Below, in pieces: positions 50,821 to 63,829 of a DNA stretch of 64,000 bases. This DNA is from Ginglymostoma cirratum (Eukaryota), in assembly GCA_024137785.1 (NCBI GenBank), contig JAHRHZ010000019.1, positions 31,112,129-31,176,128 on the forward strand. Reading direction: 5' to 3'. A model generated the notes under the pieces. The model did not search any database. It saw only the letters and a list, made by a program, of their open reading frames with translations, and had not been told where the DNA came from. Numbering within the stretch: position 1 is the first letter of the stretch; every line of letters begins with the position of its first letter. The position numbers were made by a program, and so were the translations under genes.

Positions 50821-51604
50821 CTTGAATGGCCTACTCCGGCTTTTAGTGTAGGTGCTCATCAGTTCACAAAATATTTTATATAAGAATACATTCTTACAGC
50901 CATTTGCGTACCTTTGAAACAAGGCAGCTAACTCCAAAATGTAGAATTTAATTGAATAAGCTGGTCAAAGAAAGGAATGTAGCGTATATCAGACTGGGGA
51001 AACATACCCATTTTAACGCATTTTCAATATTATTTCCAAATGTTAAATGCTTCAATACGAGACTGTACAAGAAAATCCTTCATTTATATTACAAGAATGA
51101 CTCATCAATGGAGCAGATGGAACTCCATGATAAATATGCAACAGGATAGGCTAAAAAAGATTTCATCTACACTTTAGTGAAGACAGATGTAAGAGTGATC
51201 TAACAGTTTATGAAAATGATGAGAAAGAATTCTGATTGACAGTTTCTGTGAATTAAATATGTTAGGAAAGATTTGGAATCACAAATTTCAGTCGTACCAG
51301 ATCAGATCTCAGGAGATGCTTCTCCCGGAGAATAAGTGATCTCTGGAACAGACTTGTGCAGTGGACTGTGATTCATTGAGCGTCTTCAGGCAAATGTTGG
51401 ACCTGTTTTGGTTGGGGAATGCAGGGGTGGGATGAAGAGAGGGAGATATTAAAAATCAACTCTTACAAAAGTAAAAACTGCACTGAATTATCAGTGCGAG
51501 AATGATCTACTTGACTATTTGCAATTGCTGTTGGAAAAGGGGTGTAGGAAAATGAGAGGCATTCACAATATCTTTCCCACCAAAACTGGCCAAGGTTTTT
51601 GATC

Positions 51605-51742
51605 CAGAGATAGTAGGAACTGCAGATGCTGGAGAATCTGAGATAACAAGGTGTAGAGCTGGATGAACACAGCAGGCCAAGCAGCATCAGGGGAGCAGGA
51701 AGGCTGACGTTTCGGGCCTAGATCATTCTTCAGAAAAAAAAA
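51605..51742 (-). mobile_element. Young PLE pLTR + tail, no inverted head
   Basis: Probable 9-bp TSD tttttgatc at 51596-51604 and 51743-51751; hammerhead at 51706-51733 with damaged stem II. Confidence 0.9.
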
Positions 51743-52539
51743 TTTTTGATCAGTGTCTTTTCAACATTTTTCTTCTTTATGGTTGAAGGCAATACTGACA
51801 GGATCAGCAATTTTCTCACAGGTTTGGGTGAAAAAGAAAGTTTATGCACAATGTACAAGTTAACAATTCCCTGGAATGCAGTGCATGAACAAGAGTGTCC
51901 TTTCCGGCCCATCATTATTCCCAAGTTCCAGGATATAAATTTTTGCGTGACTCTTATCCTGCTGTAAGAGACTGCAATTCTTAGTGCTCAGACTTCCAAC
52001 CGCCCTTAACATTTACTGACATTGATCTAATTTCTTATTGTTGCATTGACAAATGAGACTTCTGATATACATTTTCATGTTCCTTAACAGTCAAAAAAAT
52101 GGCAGATGGAAAAATGTTTCACATGTTTGCTTTTAACATTATCACTGTGTTGTTCTGAGGTTATGACCTGATGTGAAATGAAGCTTTACAGCCAAGGTGC
52201 CTTAAACATTCAATAAAGAGAAAACCAAGTTAAGGGTATTTATGGTTCAACACAATATCCCCTTTCCATAAAAACAAAAGCAGAAACTCTTTAAAAATAA
52301 GTTTAGCACTGCCATAGTTAGTCTCAAAAGGAACCTCCACTTTATCCTGTTCTGATGCAGTCAACTGAGAAAACAACTCTTAACCAAATCAGCTCTGCCG
52401 TAAATACCATTCAGTAAAAGCTGAAAATTTAGAATGATGAAGCATGCAAACGAAAGGTTCAGAAACCTGCAGCCCAACCCTGTCTGTAGTATCCTGGGCT
52501 CAAATCGCAATAGAGCTAACTGCGGACTTATAAATTAAA

Positions 52540-53140
52540 AGTCGACTACATGGGCTCCAAAGCCTGCTCCATCATTCAAGACAATCATGGCTGATCTAAA
52601 AGTGGCCTCAACTCCATTACTGCTTCACTCCATCTCCATAATTATTGATTTCCTTGTTTGTCACAATCTGTTCACCTCTGCCTTTAAAATATTCAATGAC
52701 TTTGTTCCACCATTCTGGGGAAGGGAATTCCAAAGACTCACGATCATCATATAGAAAAGATTCTGCTTTATTTCAGCCTTGAATAGAAATTTCCTAGTTT
52801 TACTACTTTCTCCTCTTGAATCTGTCACTAAGATCAGCTATCATTCTTGTAAACTCCAACAAGATAAGGTAGGTCCAGGCTGTCCAACGTTTCATCACAA
52901 GATGGTGCCTGCTATCCCAGGTATTAGTTGTATGCGAACCTTCTCTAAACTGCTCCTAGCCCCTTCCCATCCTGACTTAAAATAACCAAAACTGTACACC
53001 CTATTCCAAATGTGACTTCTCAATGCTCTATACAACACAGCAAAACAATACTACTTCTACATTCCAGTCACTTTGTAGTAATCAATGTTGTTCCATGTCT
53101 TCCTAACCACTTGTTCATGTGCAGCTGCAACATTTTTGTA
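52540..53140 (-). mobile_element. CR1 LINE 3' fragment
   Basis: Reverse complement of the CR1 tail (cagccatgattgtcttgaatgatggagcaggct) and coding end. Confidence 0.7.
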
Positions 53141-53149
53141 TTTTTTTAA

Positions 53150-53258
53150 AAATCAACTTGTTCAGAGGTGTTATTTCACACCTCTGAAGTAGGTTGGACC
53201 AGAACCTGGGTTGCCTGGCCCAGAGGCAGGGACACTATCACTGTCTCACAAGAACCCA
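53150..53258 (-). mobile_element. Short tRNA-derived SINE
   Basis: gggttcttgtgagacagtgatagtgtccctgcctctgggccagg..ccaggttc; relatives at 9130, 11861 and 39215. Confidence 0.65.
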
Positions 53259-56200
53259 AAACTAATATTTTGTAATTCAAATTTGATAAACTTGTTTTGC
53301 TGCTTCCAATTGTGTGAAGCTCCATAATTCCCCCTACAATTTAAGTCACTAAATCAATCTTGCAGAAAAGTCTATTGTTCAGTAGTTTTGAAGGTAGAAG
53401 CACAGGGTCTCTATTGCACCAAAGCTTTTTTCCTCTTAAAATAGCAGAGTAAAATTTTGCTAAGACAGTTACTAGATTCTATAAACAGGAATAGTTCTTG
53501 GGATTCAAACAGTCATCCTTAGACTTTTTTTCTCTTTAATCCCAATCTCAGAACAGCACTCTTGCTGAATCAAAAGAATTGTTCAGTTTTGCCACGTTAC
53601 TCATCCTTAACGTTTTGAGAGGGATTATTGTCAACTATAATTAGGAACTATAATTAGGCCGTGATTTTTGCTATACAATCTGAACTGAGCAGATCAGGAT
53701 AAGAAAAGAAACTTCCTCTAAAAAGGATCTTTACAACTCGTAGAGAAACAGGAAACTGAGTCTGGAATGGATTCATCCAATGACTCAATCCTTTAATGTT
53801 GAGACATAGTAGCATGAAACAGGCTGTAACGTTTCAAAAAAATAAGCTGAATCAATTGTAATAAAAAATTATACATTAAATTGCATTAGTTATGAGATTG
53901 TTAATATTTAATAAATATTAGTAATATTGTTCCCCTGCATTCAGGTTCACAAAACAGTTACAGTTGAGGTAAACCAATCTTAACTCAGCCTTCCAGAAAG
54001 CACACAGAGCCATTTATTAGATGATTTCAGGGTTAGGGTCCCCACCACACTACTTGAAAGTTCAGTTCACAGCTTAATTACTCTGTGTGAAGACCACCAG
54101 ATGTCTCACCAAAAATTATGACTTTTATTTATTAATTGTTAAATTTATTCACTTTTTCATTTTTCTATTGCCATAGCAAGTTCAACATTTGTCCAGTTCT
54201 GCATTTTTCTTACCATATGGTTAACAAATTGCCAAACGAAAAAGCCTAATTTTCTCTCAATCTCCAGTTTAATCACAATTTCCTTCAGTAACTGCTCTAC
54301 TTGTTGAGCTCTATATTCTCAGTAGTCAACAAAGCAAGTAGACTGCTGTGGTGATTGAACCTAGCTCTAGCCATTTCAGCCCCAAATGATGGAGTAGCTA
54401 TGTTGCTATTTTATTCTCATAGATTCTGTAGTTTTGTCTTTCTCACATGCAAGTCCTCTACCATCATATGTGCAACTAATGACCACAGATCATTAAACTA
54501 GATTAAATGCGGTCTTAACACTGAACCCAGGAGCACTCCAAATTTTGCTGTTCAGAAGTTCTTATTCTTACGCCAAATCATCCTGATTCTTAATATATTC
54601 CATTCAGGTTCAATCAACCTGATTATGCAAGTGACAATGAAAATTAAAATATTCTTTCAAACAAGGCAAAGTTAAAAAAGCAGCACCTCAAAGTTGCAAA
54701 GTTATTTTGGACTGCAGGCACTTCCATAAGGGCTCAATTACTTTGACATCAGAGACTAATTATTAATTAATTAGTTAAAAACTCAACTCAGTCAGGTGGG
54801 CTGTTGAGAGAATTGACTTTGAGGCTAAATTAGTGTTAAATCAGTAAACATCACAATAAGAAAATTCCCGTTTAGCTTTTCTTCCTTCATGTGTCAGTAG
54901 ATGTGCAATGCTGTTCCGAAGGCTGCTCACTGGATCACCACATTGTCTCGAAAGGGTTTTCATATACAGGATTTAATGTGGCCCCAAATTTGCTTTATAA
55001 AGTATTCAGATGGGCACATGGAAGCATTATAAATAAAACATATAATGGCTGACAACTTAAGTATAACCACAGCTGAGCCAAACCATAAATCATTTTAGAG
55101 TTACCATGTTTCTCTCTCATTTATTATGACTTCACAAGCAATTATCTAATTTCAGTAAAGACAGCATCACAATGAAACTTGTTAACAGTTAACAACATCT
55201 AAAAGAACTACTGAAATTCAAATACAAGGAGGTTTAGCCTTACAATTACATGTGAAAACACTGTAAAATTAAAGCATTAAGTTTCCTTTTACAGAAAAGA
55301 TAGGAAGCCTGATCATTACTGCAAGTTTAATAAAGATATACGGAGCCAGAAATAATGGCATCAGAAAGCGTTCAACTTTTTTGGAGGAATATCATTCTGC
55401 GTCAAAGCTCATGTTGCATCTGATGAAAACCAACTGAAATCACTACAAATTATAATTTACAATGAGCAATGTATACCAGATACATGCTGTTATGATCCAT
55501 TCAATTTTGTCAAAGAGCCTGCTTTCTACTCAACCAACCAATTATACTGACGACTAAACAAAAAAATTCTCAGACTCCAATTCTATGCACACAAACTCAA
55601 TTGCTCTCCTGCCCAAACTATGCTGTTGCAGCCAAAAGTCATTGTCTGACCACCTCAAAATTGTTCCATTAAAGAAATACACACATAAGTTAATGTATTG
55701 TTCGATATATTAGGGCAAGAATTAATGACCCTCACATATGCAGAACCTTGCTTGACAAGAGCGCAGGGCACTGTTTCAGACCTCCAAGCTCACATCTGGT
55801 TCATATCTGCCCACATGTTCACATCTGGTCAATATCTGCATGAGCAGTAGTATCTGTAACTTATATAGATATGTCATTCACTATAAAAACAGTGCAGCAC
55901 TTTTTCACTAAAACCTCAACAGCAAGGATGACAGGAAAAGGTACCAAGAACATTTTAAAGGTTGGTGAGTTAAACACCTAACTGTGTTCCGTGTCTTCTT
56001 GTTAAATTCAGCAGTCAACATGCAGAGCTCAGGCACATAAACCAGGACACTCCAAATAGAAAAGAATAAAAAGAGACGAGATAAATCGAGGAGGAATTAC
56101 ATGACAGACTTAGTTTCAACAGATTCATTATCATAGGAAAAAAGGCTAAGGGATGCAAGGTTAGTTACAGTAGGAGTGGGTCGAATTGTGATTTTGACAC

Positions 56201-58099
56201 AGTGGGGATATTGGACAGAAGAAAGCATACATAGCAGGATGTTTGGAACGGTGAATCAACACAGAATCTGCTGCACAGAAAAACTTAAGTCTTCCTTGGG
56301 AAGCTACCCATTTAATGATATTCCCCTGGTCTTTTACCATAACTCTGTCTCCATCAATATTCAGCCAATTGAAGAGAGACCGTAATGGACAGACCATCTT
56401 AGTATTAATAAAACAGGGAAAGTTAAGTGGGATTGTAGCAGTAAGACTACCCATCAGATAACCAGCCTTTATTTGTAGCCTGTCCAGCATGGCAAACGGT
56501 ATGCTTTGCTATAAGAATCTCCCTAAAAATTAAAATAGTATTTGTCAATGCCTGTAACCATTTTAGTGTTAGAAGGAATTGAAGTGAAAGAAGTTCCACT
56601 GGAAAGAAGCAACTCTGTTTTCGTTGTAGGTTTAGCAATGACCTTGCAAGAAGTTCATTTGAATACAATGCTGGAATCTAGAATTTATTACAAATAGTAG
56701 CAAGGGTCTAAAGTAAAGGCCCATAGCTTTTATTTGGAATAGGAAGAATGATAAAGAAGCCAAAATTGATATGAAATCACACTAACAAAATCTAGAACGT
56801 TGCCATGTGGAATGTCTTAATAATGGATCTTAAAAAATGTTAGGTCCAAAACAAAATGCTGTGCTGCACACAGTTTTTTATTAACTGAGTTAATTGAACG
56901 CAATTTCTCAGTAACAGCAAAACCTTTTTTTACAACTCTAATGTCTCACAAGCCCTCTGAATGAATTACTGCTTTTTGACATACGCCCACACACCATTCA
57001 CTGGCTCTAGAATTTACTCTGGTTTCAACTGACATCATAAATCAAAAAAACCAAAGCTCAAATGCATTGCAGAGGTCATCTGAACTCTGACATTATATTG
57101 GAGGCCTCATTGCTCCTTTGAGCATGGATAATGCATCCTACATAACATTAAAACAACCCAACTGACACCTAAAATCAACAATGTAATTACATTGACAAAC
57201 CCATGACAGGAAATTATACGCAAGTTATTTCTTCCAATAACAGTTTGAATATACAACTTTAACTCAAGCCTTAGATTAACTGTTACAAAATGTTAAAAAA
57301 ATTCAGTTTTCAATAAGCTATTATGGAATTATCTTGTAATATCCTGCCTAAAACTTGTTCCATGGTGCAATTCAACTGTACGTCTTACAATTTCTCACGT
57401 AATACTGATGTAAAATGGGGACTATAGCAGTGCCAAATTTCCATCCTTTCACTGTTCTAGGAAGCAAATCTCAGCTGCAGACCCACAGCGAGCAAAGACA
57501 TTTTTTTTTTAATTTATAAAGAAGTCAGGTGACCCAATGAATTAACCAAAGTTTTCAACAAGAGAACCAACTGTCCAGTTTTACTTTTATCTAAAATTAT
57601 TGACCAATGCACATTACATTTCAAGCACGAAGCCTTATTTTCAACAGCAATGCAGGGAGGCAGTATAAATACACAATGTCATTTATATTGTTTCAAAGAA
57701 GATACAAATATCAAAATTATAGCAAACAAAAGTTAAAAATATTTGCAAAATTATGCAACAGTTGCAGTTTAATCTTAACTAAATGCCAGTGTTGGGCAAG
57801 GGCAATTATAAGACCCTATCTTAGAAACATGCTTTTTCAGAGAATAAAATGCTAGGAGTTTCCATCGCATGAACACAGCATGGCATTTATAAACAACTGC
57901 TACTATTATTGTCATAACATTGCCTTTATCAGAAATTTAGTTGCACTGATTGGGGAGAGCAGATCAAAAATGGCAATGGTGAGTATTATCGTACTTCCAT
58001 TCACAACACATCAAATAGACAAAATGACAGCACTATATAAAAATTCCCCAATAATTTAAGAATAATGTGTCATTATCATTATTATAACATTATTTCCTC

Positions 58100-58390
58100 T
58101 TGTTGGTCATTCCAGAACAGAGGGCACTGTTTTAAAATTAAAGGTCACCTTTTCAGGACAGACATGAGGAATTGGTGCAACTTTGGAACACTGCCTCAGA
58201 AGGCAGTGGAGGACAGGATCAGTAAATTTTTTAAGACAGATTCTTGTTAGGCAGGGGAATCACGGATTACTGGAGGTAGATGGGAATGTGGAATTCAAAA
58301 CAAAGACCAGCCATGATCTTATTGAATGGCACAGCAGATATGAAGGACCACATGACCAATTTCTGCACCTATTTCATACATTCCTATTTC
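58100..58390 (+). mobile_element. CR1 LINE 3' end
   Basis: RGHCFKIKGHLFRTDMRN frame plus tail cagccatgatcttattgaatggc. Confidence 0.8.
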
Positions 58391-58675
58391 ATTACAGGGA
58401 AAGAGGGGTGACTGAGTTGCCTATGTTTAGAAAAACTGCACCTCAATGGCAGCTAAATTGCAAATAATTCATAGTTCTGATTAGGATTCAAAAATATAGT
58501 TTATGAAAATATATTATCCAATGTTAAAAATACAGTAGTAGTGGAAAGATAGTAGGAATTGCAGATGCTGGAGAATCTGAGATAACAAGGTGTAGAGCTG
58601 GATGAACACAGCAGGCCAAGCAGCATCAGAGGAGCAGGAAGGCTGATGTTTCGGGCCTAGGTCCTTCTTCAGAAA

Positions 58676-59075
58676 NNNNNNNNNNNNNNNNNNNNNNNNN
58701 NNNNNNNNNNNNNNNNNNNNNNNNNNNNNNNNNNNNNNNNNNNNNNNNNNNNNNNNNNNNNNNNNNNNNNNNNNNNNNNNNNNNNNNNNNNNNNNNNNNN
58801 NNNNNNNNNNNNNNNNNNNNNNNNNNNNNNNNNNNNNNNNNNNNNNNNNNNNNNNNNNNNNNNNNNNNNNNNNNNNNNNNNNNNNNNNNNNNNNNNNNNN
58901 NNNNNNNNNNNNNNNNNNNNNNNNNNNNNNNNNNNNNNNNNNNNNNNNNNNNNNNNNNNNNNNNNNNNNNNNNNNNNNNNNNNNNNNNNNNNNNNNNNNN
59001 NNNNNNNNNNNNNNNNNNNNNNNNNNNNNNNNNNNNNNNNNNNNNNNNNNNNNNNNNNNNNNNNNNNNNNNNNNN
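58676..59075. other. Assembly gap (400 N)
   Basis: Run of N. Confidence 1.
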
Positions 59076-59077
59076 TT

Positions 59078-59105
59078 CTGAAGAAGGGTCTAGGCCCGAA
59101 ACATC
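59078..59105 (+). ncRNA. Minimal hammerhead ribozyme core (ACGU decayed to ACAU)
   Basis: CTGAAGAAGGGTCTAGGCCCGAAACATC. Confidence 0.6.
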
Positions 59106-59579
59106 AGCCTTCCTGCTCCTCTGATGCTGCTTGGCCTGCTGTGTTCATCCAGCGCTACACCTTGTTATCTTAAAAATACAGTACCAGTGTTACTAAATAA
59201 AGACATTCAAATGACAAAAGAAATGAACTTTTTAAAGTTGTGATATTTTATTAGGGAAATTCATATAGTTGCTGAGAGGAAGAAGACAAAGGAAAAGGCA
59301 AGGTTAGGAGGATGCAAGTATAGAAAAGAAGTACAGTTTCTCTTTATGACTTTCAAAACAAAGTCAAATACTACAAATGCAGGATATCTGAACCAAACTG
59401 TTTGTGACCTTGTTTATCTTGCTCTCCCCAACCTTTTGGCTCTGGAGTCCCCAGTAAAGACACTTCTCAGTTTCTATCCCATAAAATCACCATCATCTCT
59501 TAATCACTCAACATCCCACATTCAGAGCACGGTTGCATTTTGGTGAACCTGCACTATACTATTACAAAAGGACAAAATG

Positions 59580-60300
59580 CATCTGTTCCGAGGCTCAGTG
59601 CCCAAAATAAATGCAGTAATCCAGGCCTAAGGTTCATACCACTGAAATTTTATCTAATTTAACAAAGACAAATAATCTATTACCCTTTTAAAACTGTTCA
59701 TGTACATTTAACAATTTGCATACAAGACCATTTCAATTTCTTTGCGCTGCCACAACTCCTAGCCCCCAACCTTACATAAAATCTTCCAGAGTCATGAAAC
59801 CCTAACTTGTCTTTTAAGTTTCCAAACAACTTCACACCATTTCCTAAACTGAACAACGTTTATCACATTTTGTCAACAAGTCCCTGAAGAACACGATACC
59901 ACTACAGAACAAACCCTTTACCACTACTTTCCTGCCAATTACCAATACATCACAATGTTATCCATAATTCCATGTCTTCTCATTTATTGTTAATAATCTA
60001 TTGTGCAGAACCCTATCAAATCGTATCTGGAAATCCATATAGGCAACTTACATGGACATACACTTGTCCAGCATTTTAGCAACTTCCTCATAAAAGTCAT
60101 CTAGATTAGTGAGGCATGTCCTGCCATTCACAAAACCATGGTGAGTATCTGATCATTCAATACTTGTCCAAACGCTCATCACTTGACCTTCATGTTAAAA
60201 CAGCAGATCTGTAGGTCCCAATATTTTTCTTCCCTACTTAAATAACAAGGGGCATTTGCAATTTTCTGAATCCAAAAGATATGAAGCCTGAAACAGAACA
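59580..60300 (-). mobile_element. Old CR1 RT fragment
   Basis: Reverse complement gcctatatggatttccagatacgatttgatagggtt (YMDFQ..FD.V). Confidence 0.55.
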
Positions 60301-62829
60301 CTTAAAAAATTATGACTATTATTTCTGTAGTAACGTATTTTACACCCTCATTACAGTTAATGCCCACTTCAAGTGCTAAAACCCACAACACTGTAGGTTT
60401 TAAGCAAAAAGCTTGAAAGTGAGGTCAGACCAGATTGATTTATTTGGTCTGCATAAACATGATGGGCTGAATGGCTTCCTCTGTCATAATTTCTATGATT
60501 CTATGGGTACCTTATTATAAAATTCAAGTCCTGGCGATTTGTTCATCTTAAGTCTTTTTTTCCCTTACTATTCCTATAGCCTATGCTACAATGATTACGT
60601 TTCTCTCAAATGTCATTTAGGTCACCCTATACCAGCACCATTTTGCCCACATTTTCCAAACAACAAATCTAGCATGTCCTAAAGCACCAAAATCCATCTT
60701 TCACGATCCTATATTTGCCTTTATTGTTCCCTTTCCCCATAACTTAAAGTAATTTTGCTGTTAGCCTTCATAATTTCCATTTATCATATTCATCTTTTAC
60801 ACATTTCTCTCCATTTTAAAAGAAAAACTCAGTGTACTGGGCTTCTATTTCTTGTTTTGCACAAGTCTTTTAGTTTAATGTCATTTTGTATCAGAGCAGC
60901 TGCTTAAATATGCTATGGTCTCTGTTTTTTAGGGGTATGTACTGGCTTCTCATGATGAAAAATATAAATGTGTTTGGCTGTGGGTTTACCTTGAGAAGTT
61001 CAGCCAAGTTTACTATAAAAAAATCAATTGATTATCTGGAGAAAATCTGCTTTACTTATATGCAATTCGTACTTCTCACACTCTCAAAATTAATATCCAT
61101 TTCAATACTATGGTTATGCTTAACAAAAAGATGTCAATTAATTCTAGTTTACCCACCATCACTAAATCTAATATAGCCCGTTCAAATACCTCTTCTAATG
61201 CATATGACATAGAATGCCATAAAATATGCAGAACAGCAAAAGGCTATTCAGCCAACCTATGCTGACATTTATGTTTCACTCAAGGCTCCCAAACTAATTT
61301 TCTAATCTATTCTCTTCTGACTGATATGCATGTCTATCTTTCCCCTTAAATACACTCAAAATTCACAACAGTGGGTTCCATACTCTCAAAAATCTCTTGA
61401 AAAGGCTTGTTTTAAATTCTCTATTTGATTTCTTGGTGACTAATTTAAGCATTCTCTAGCTTTATTCTTCCCTACAACCGTAGACATTCCAATTCCAAAA
61501 TTCATTAAAGCTGGAAAATAAGCATCAGGATCATGATGCACAATTAATCTGTAACAGTTCCTTCCAGTGAAGGCAGCAGGCAAACCTGTTACATCCTCAC
61601 TGCATGCGGCCAGCACAAATTACATTTAAGTGGATGAACAGGGATGCAGGATTAAGAGACCCAAATGAGTTCAAGCCATCCTGCACTACTTGAAGCCAGC
61701 ATGCATTTCAAAGTCGTGGTGCATTTTGACTGGAGATTGCGTTGGATGTGGCTGGTAAGAATGTCTACCCTGACAGAAGAATTATCATGAAACAGCAGAA
61801 GACAGCAAGGTTCTCTAAACACAGAACTGAAAGCCTTGGTAGGGAAGAAACGAGTGGTTTTTCATCCATAGGAATTCAGGCAACTTCCCAGACAGATAAC
61901 ACAAAAGCAGAAGCAGATACCTCTGTGGTTAAGACCAGCAGTCTAGCCTGATGGCCTAGACACAGTACCACAAGTCGTTCAATGGTCTCTGATAAAATGC
62001 AGAGTTTTAAAAGACTGTATGGGTCTGTCTTTAGGGCAAAGTGGAAGAATAAAGGGGATCATATGAATTGTTCCAAATTCTAGATGGCTTAGCACCTCCA
62101 CAAAAGAAAACTTACTAAGTTGTTGTACTGGAAAGAAGGTGCAAGATGTTCATATCTATAGACAATGACAATATGCAGACAGCTAGTCCCCAAAGTCGCA
62201 GGAAGGTGTTGGCAATGTCAAGTTTTGCCAGTGGTTGTACTTTAAACTATTCTTCTCACATTCATTAATACTGGAACACAAGAAACAGACTTGAGAAAAG
62301 CATACCAATTTATACAGCATGAGAAGAGGGTGCCACTGGTTGTGCCATCTGTGGCACGGAGATGCCGCTGCAACAGGTAACTGTCAATCTTAGTTCCAAG
62401 TAGGCAGGTAAACTCTAGTTGGTCGGGGATTGACATGGGAATTCATGACTGCTACCCTTTTTTCTTTGTCAATGCAAAATATTTACTAACTCCTTTTGAC
62501 AGCATAAAACTCCACCCTTGTGTGTTAATATATGGTTTCTGGCATGCGCAAATACATCACACTGCAAGCTTAACTGATAATTTTAAATTGGTTTTTATTA
62601 CAATTCTTAGCACAGTTCTGGTTGTTTAATGAACGTTATCCAAAAGCAGAACACATCTAACTTTGGGCATGGTGTTCCAAGGCTTGCCTGCTCTGAATGA
62701 TCAACGGGATGCGGTGTTTAGTAATACAGTCCAACAGTCATTAGGACATATGGCATACATATCTGGCATTATACTAGCATTGCAAGTCATATCACGTTAT
62801 TTTTTATAGCCATTATCACGTAGAATTGA

Positions 62830-63090
62830 GATGCCACAGACTGTATAAGAATCAATATTAGTGGTCGCAGCTCAGATACAAATACCTCAGATATGAAATG
62901 CTGCATCATCAAAACAGATGTATTGGAAATGGAGAAACTGAGAAAACTGAACATAGTGCTCACGCGGACCAGGGTGGTGTCAAAGGCATTGGGCTTATAG
63001 TGAACATTGGTTAAGAGCCTATCAAAAATGGAAATGAAGAGTCCAGGAAGAGAAGGGAGAAGTCTGAGATGAACTCTGAAAGCAAAAGGG
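62830..63090 (-). mobile_element. PLE RT C-terminal remnant
   Basis: ISIFDRLLTNVHYKP in ORF 62787-63176. Confidence 0.7.
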
Positions 63091-63199
63091 ACATCTGAGG
63101 CAATGCTGAAATAAAATCTCTGCAGTTTAGAATCTAACTCTTCCAACGATTCAACCTTCCATGCTTGTATCTGCAATGAACTTGTCTTGCCTCAACTGA

Positions 63200-63550
63200 A
63201 GGCTTGCATTCCACGCCAATACAAGGCCCTTCGCACATGTTTGAATGTGACAGGGCTTGTCACAAGTCAAGGCACAGGTACAAGATTACCTCCAGTCCAT
63301 GGAGGTTGGACTGGTTGGCTGGCTTGGAGTGGGATAAAATAGTTCAGTGTAAAAGTAACAAAAATTTAGGTTTCACAGCAGATGCCATAAGGCATGGGCA
63401 GAGTCAAGCAATGTTGTTGAGGATAAAAAGCAATCTTATTGATGGTGCAGATGGGTTGAGAAGCTCATCTCTGGTCAAATATGATGCCAAGGTTGGAAAG
63501 AGCCTGCCACAGTCTCAGACAGTTGTCAGAGAGAGGGTTGGAGTCAGTGG
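63200..63550 (-). mobile_element. L2-type RT C-terminal remnant
   Basis: PLSDNCLRL.Q...NLGIIFD motif. Confidence 0.5.
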
Positions 63551-63829
63551 CTACAGACTCAGCACAGCTCCACTTAGGCACAAGAATGAGTGTCCCTGCT
63601 TCCGCAGCAACCCTTGACAGAAACACACCTCCGCGTACCAGAAGTTCACCATAAGACAAAGAATGCATTTCGTCAAGTTGGGGGAGCAAGTGAAGATATG
63701 TGAGGTTCTGACTTGGAGCCAAAGAAAATAGCGAATGTGAGACTCTGCTAGTGGGGAGCAACGGAACATAAAGTCCCTGATTGTAGTTCAGAGTTGTGAA
63801 AGAGTCCATGGGGGAAGAGACAGAGACAG

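Larger units (their letters stand above)
58538..59169 (-). mobile_element. Young PLE with inverted pLTRs spanning an assembly gap
   Basis: 14-bp TSD ttaaaaatacagta at 58524-58537 and 59170-59183; tail-bearing pLTR on the left, tail-less inverted pLTR on the right. Confidence 0.9.

Noticed and set aside
53632-55840. Short tandem duplications (aactataattagg x2; cacatctggt..atatctgc x2)
   Set aside because: Ordinary slippage or repair duplications with no array structure.
1656-59169. Recurrent near-identical 100-bp sequence as a CRISPR-like array or ncRNA gene family
   Set aside because: Copies are dispersed, variably truncated, TSD-flanked and joined to GIY-YIG coding sequence, so they are PLE pLTRs.
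504-63809. Six-frame ORFs of 60-137 aa as host genes
   Set aside because: They are either TE fragments (CR1, RTE, L2, PLE, SINE) or of chance length, with no recognisable host protein.
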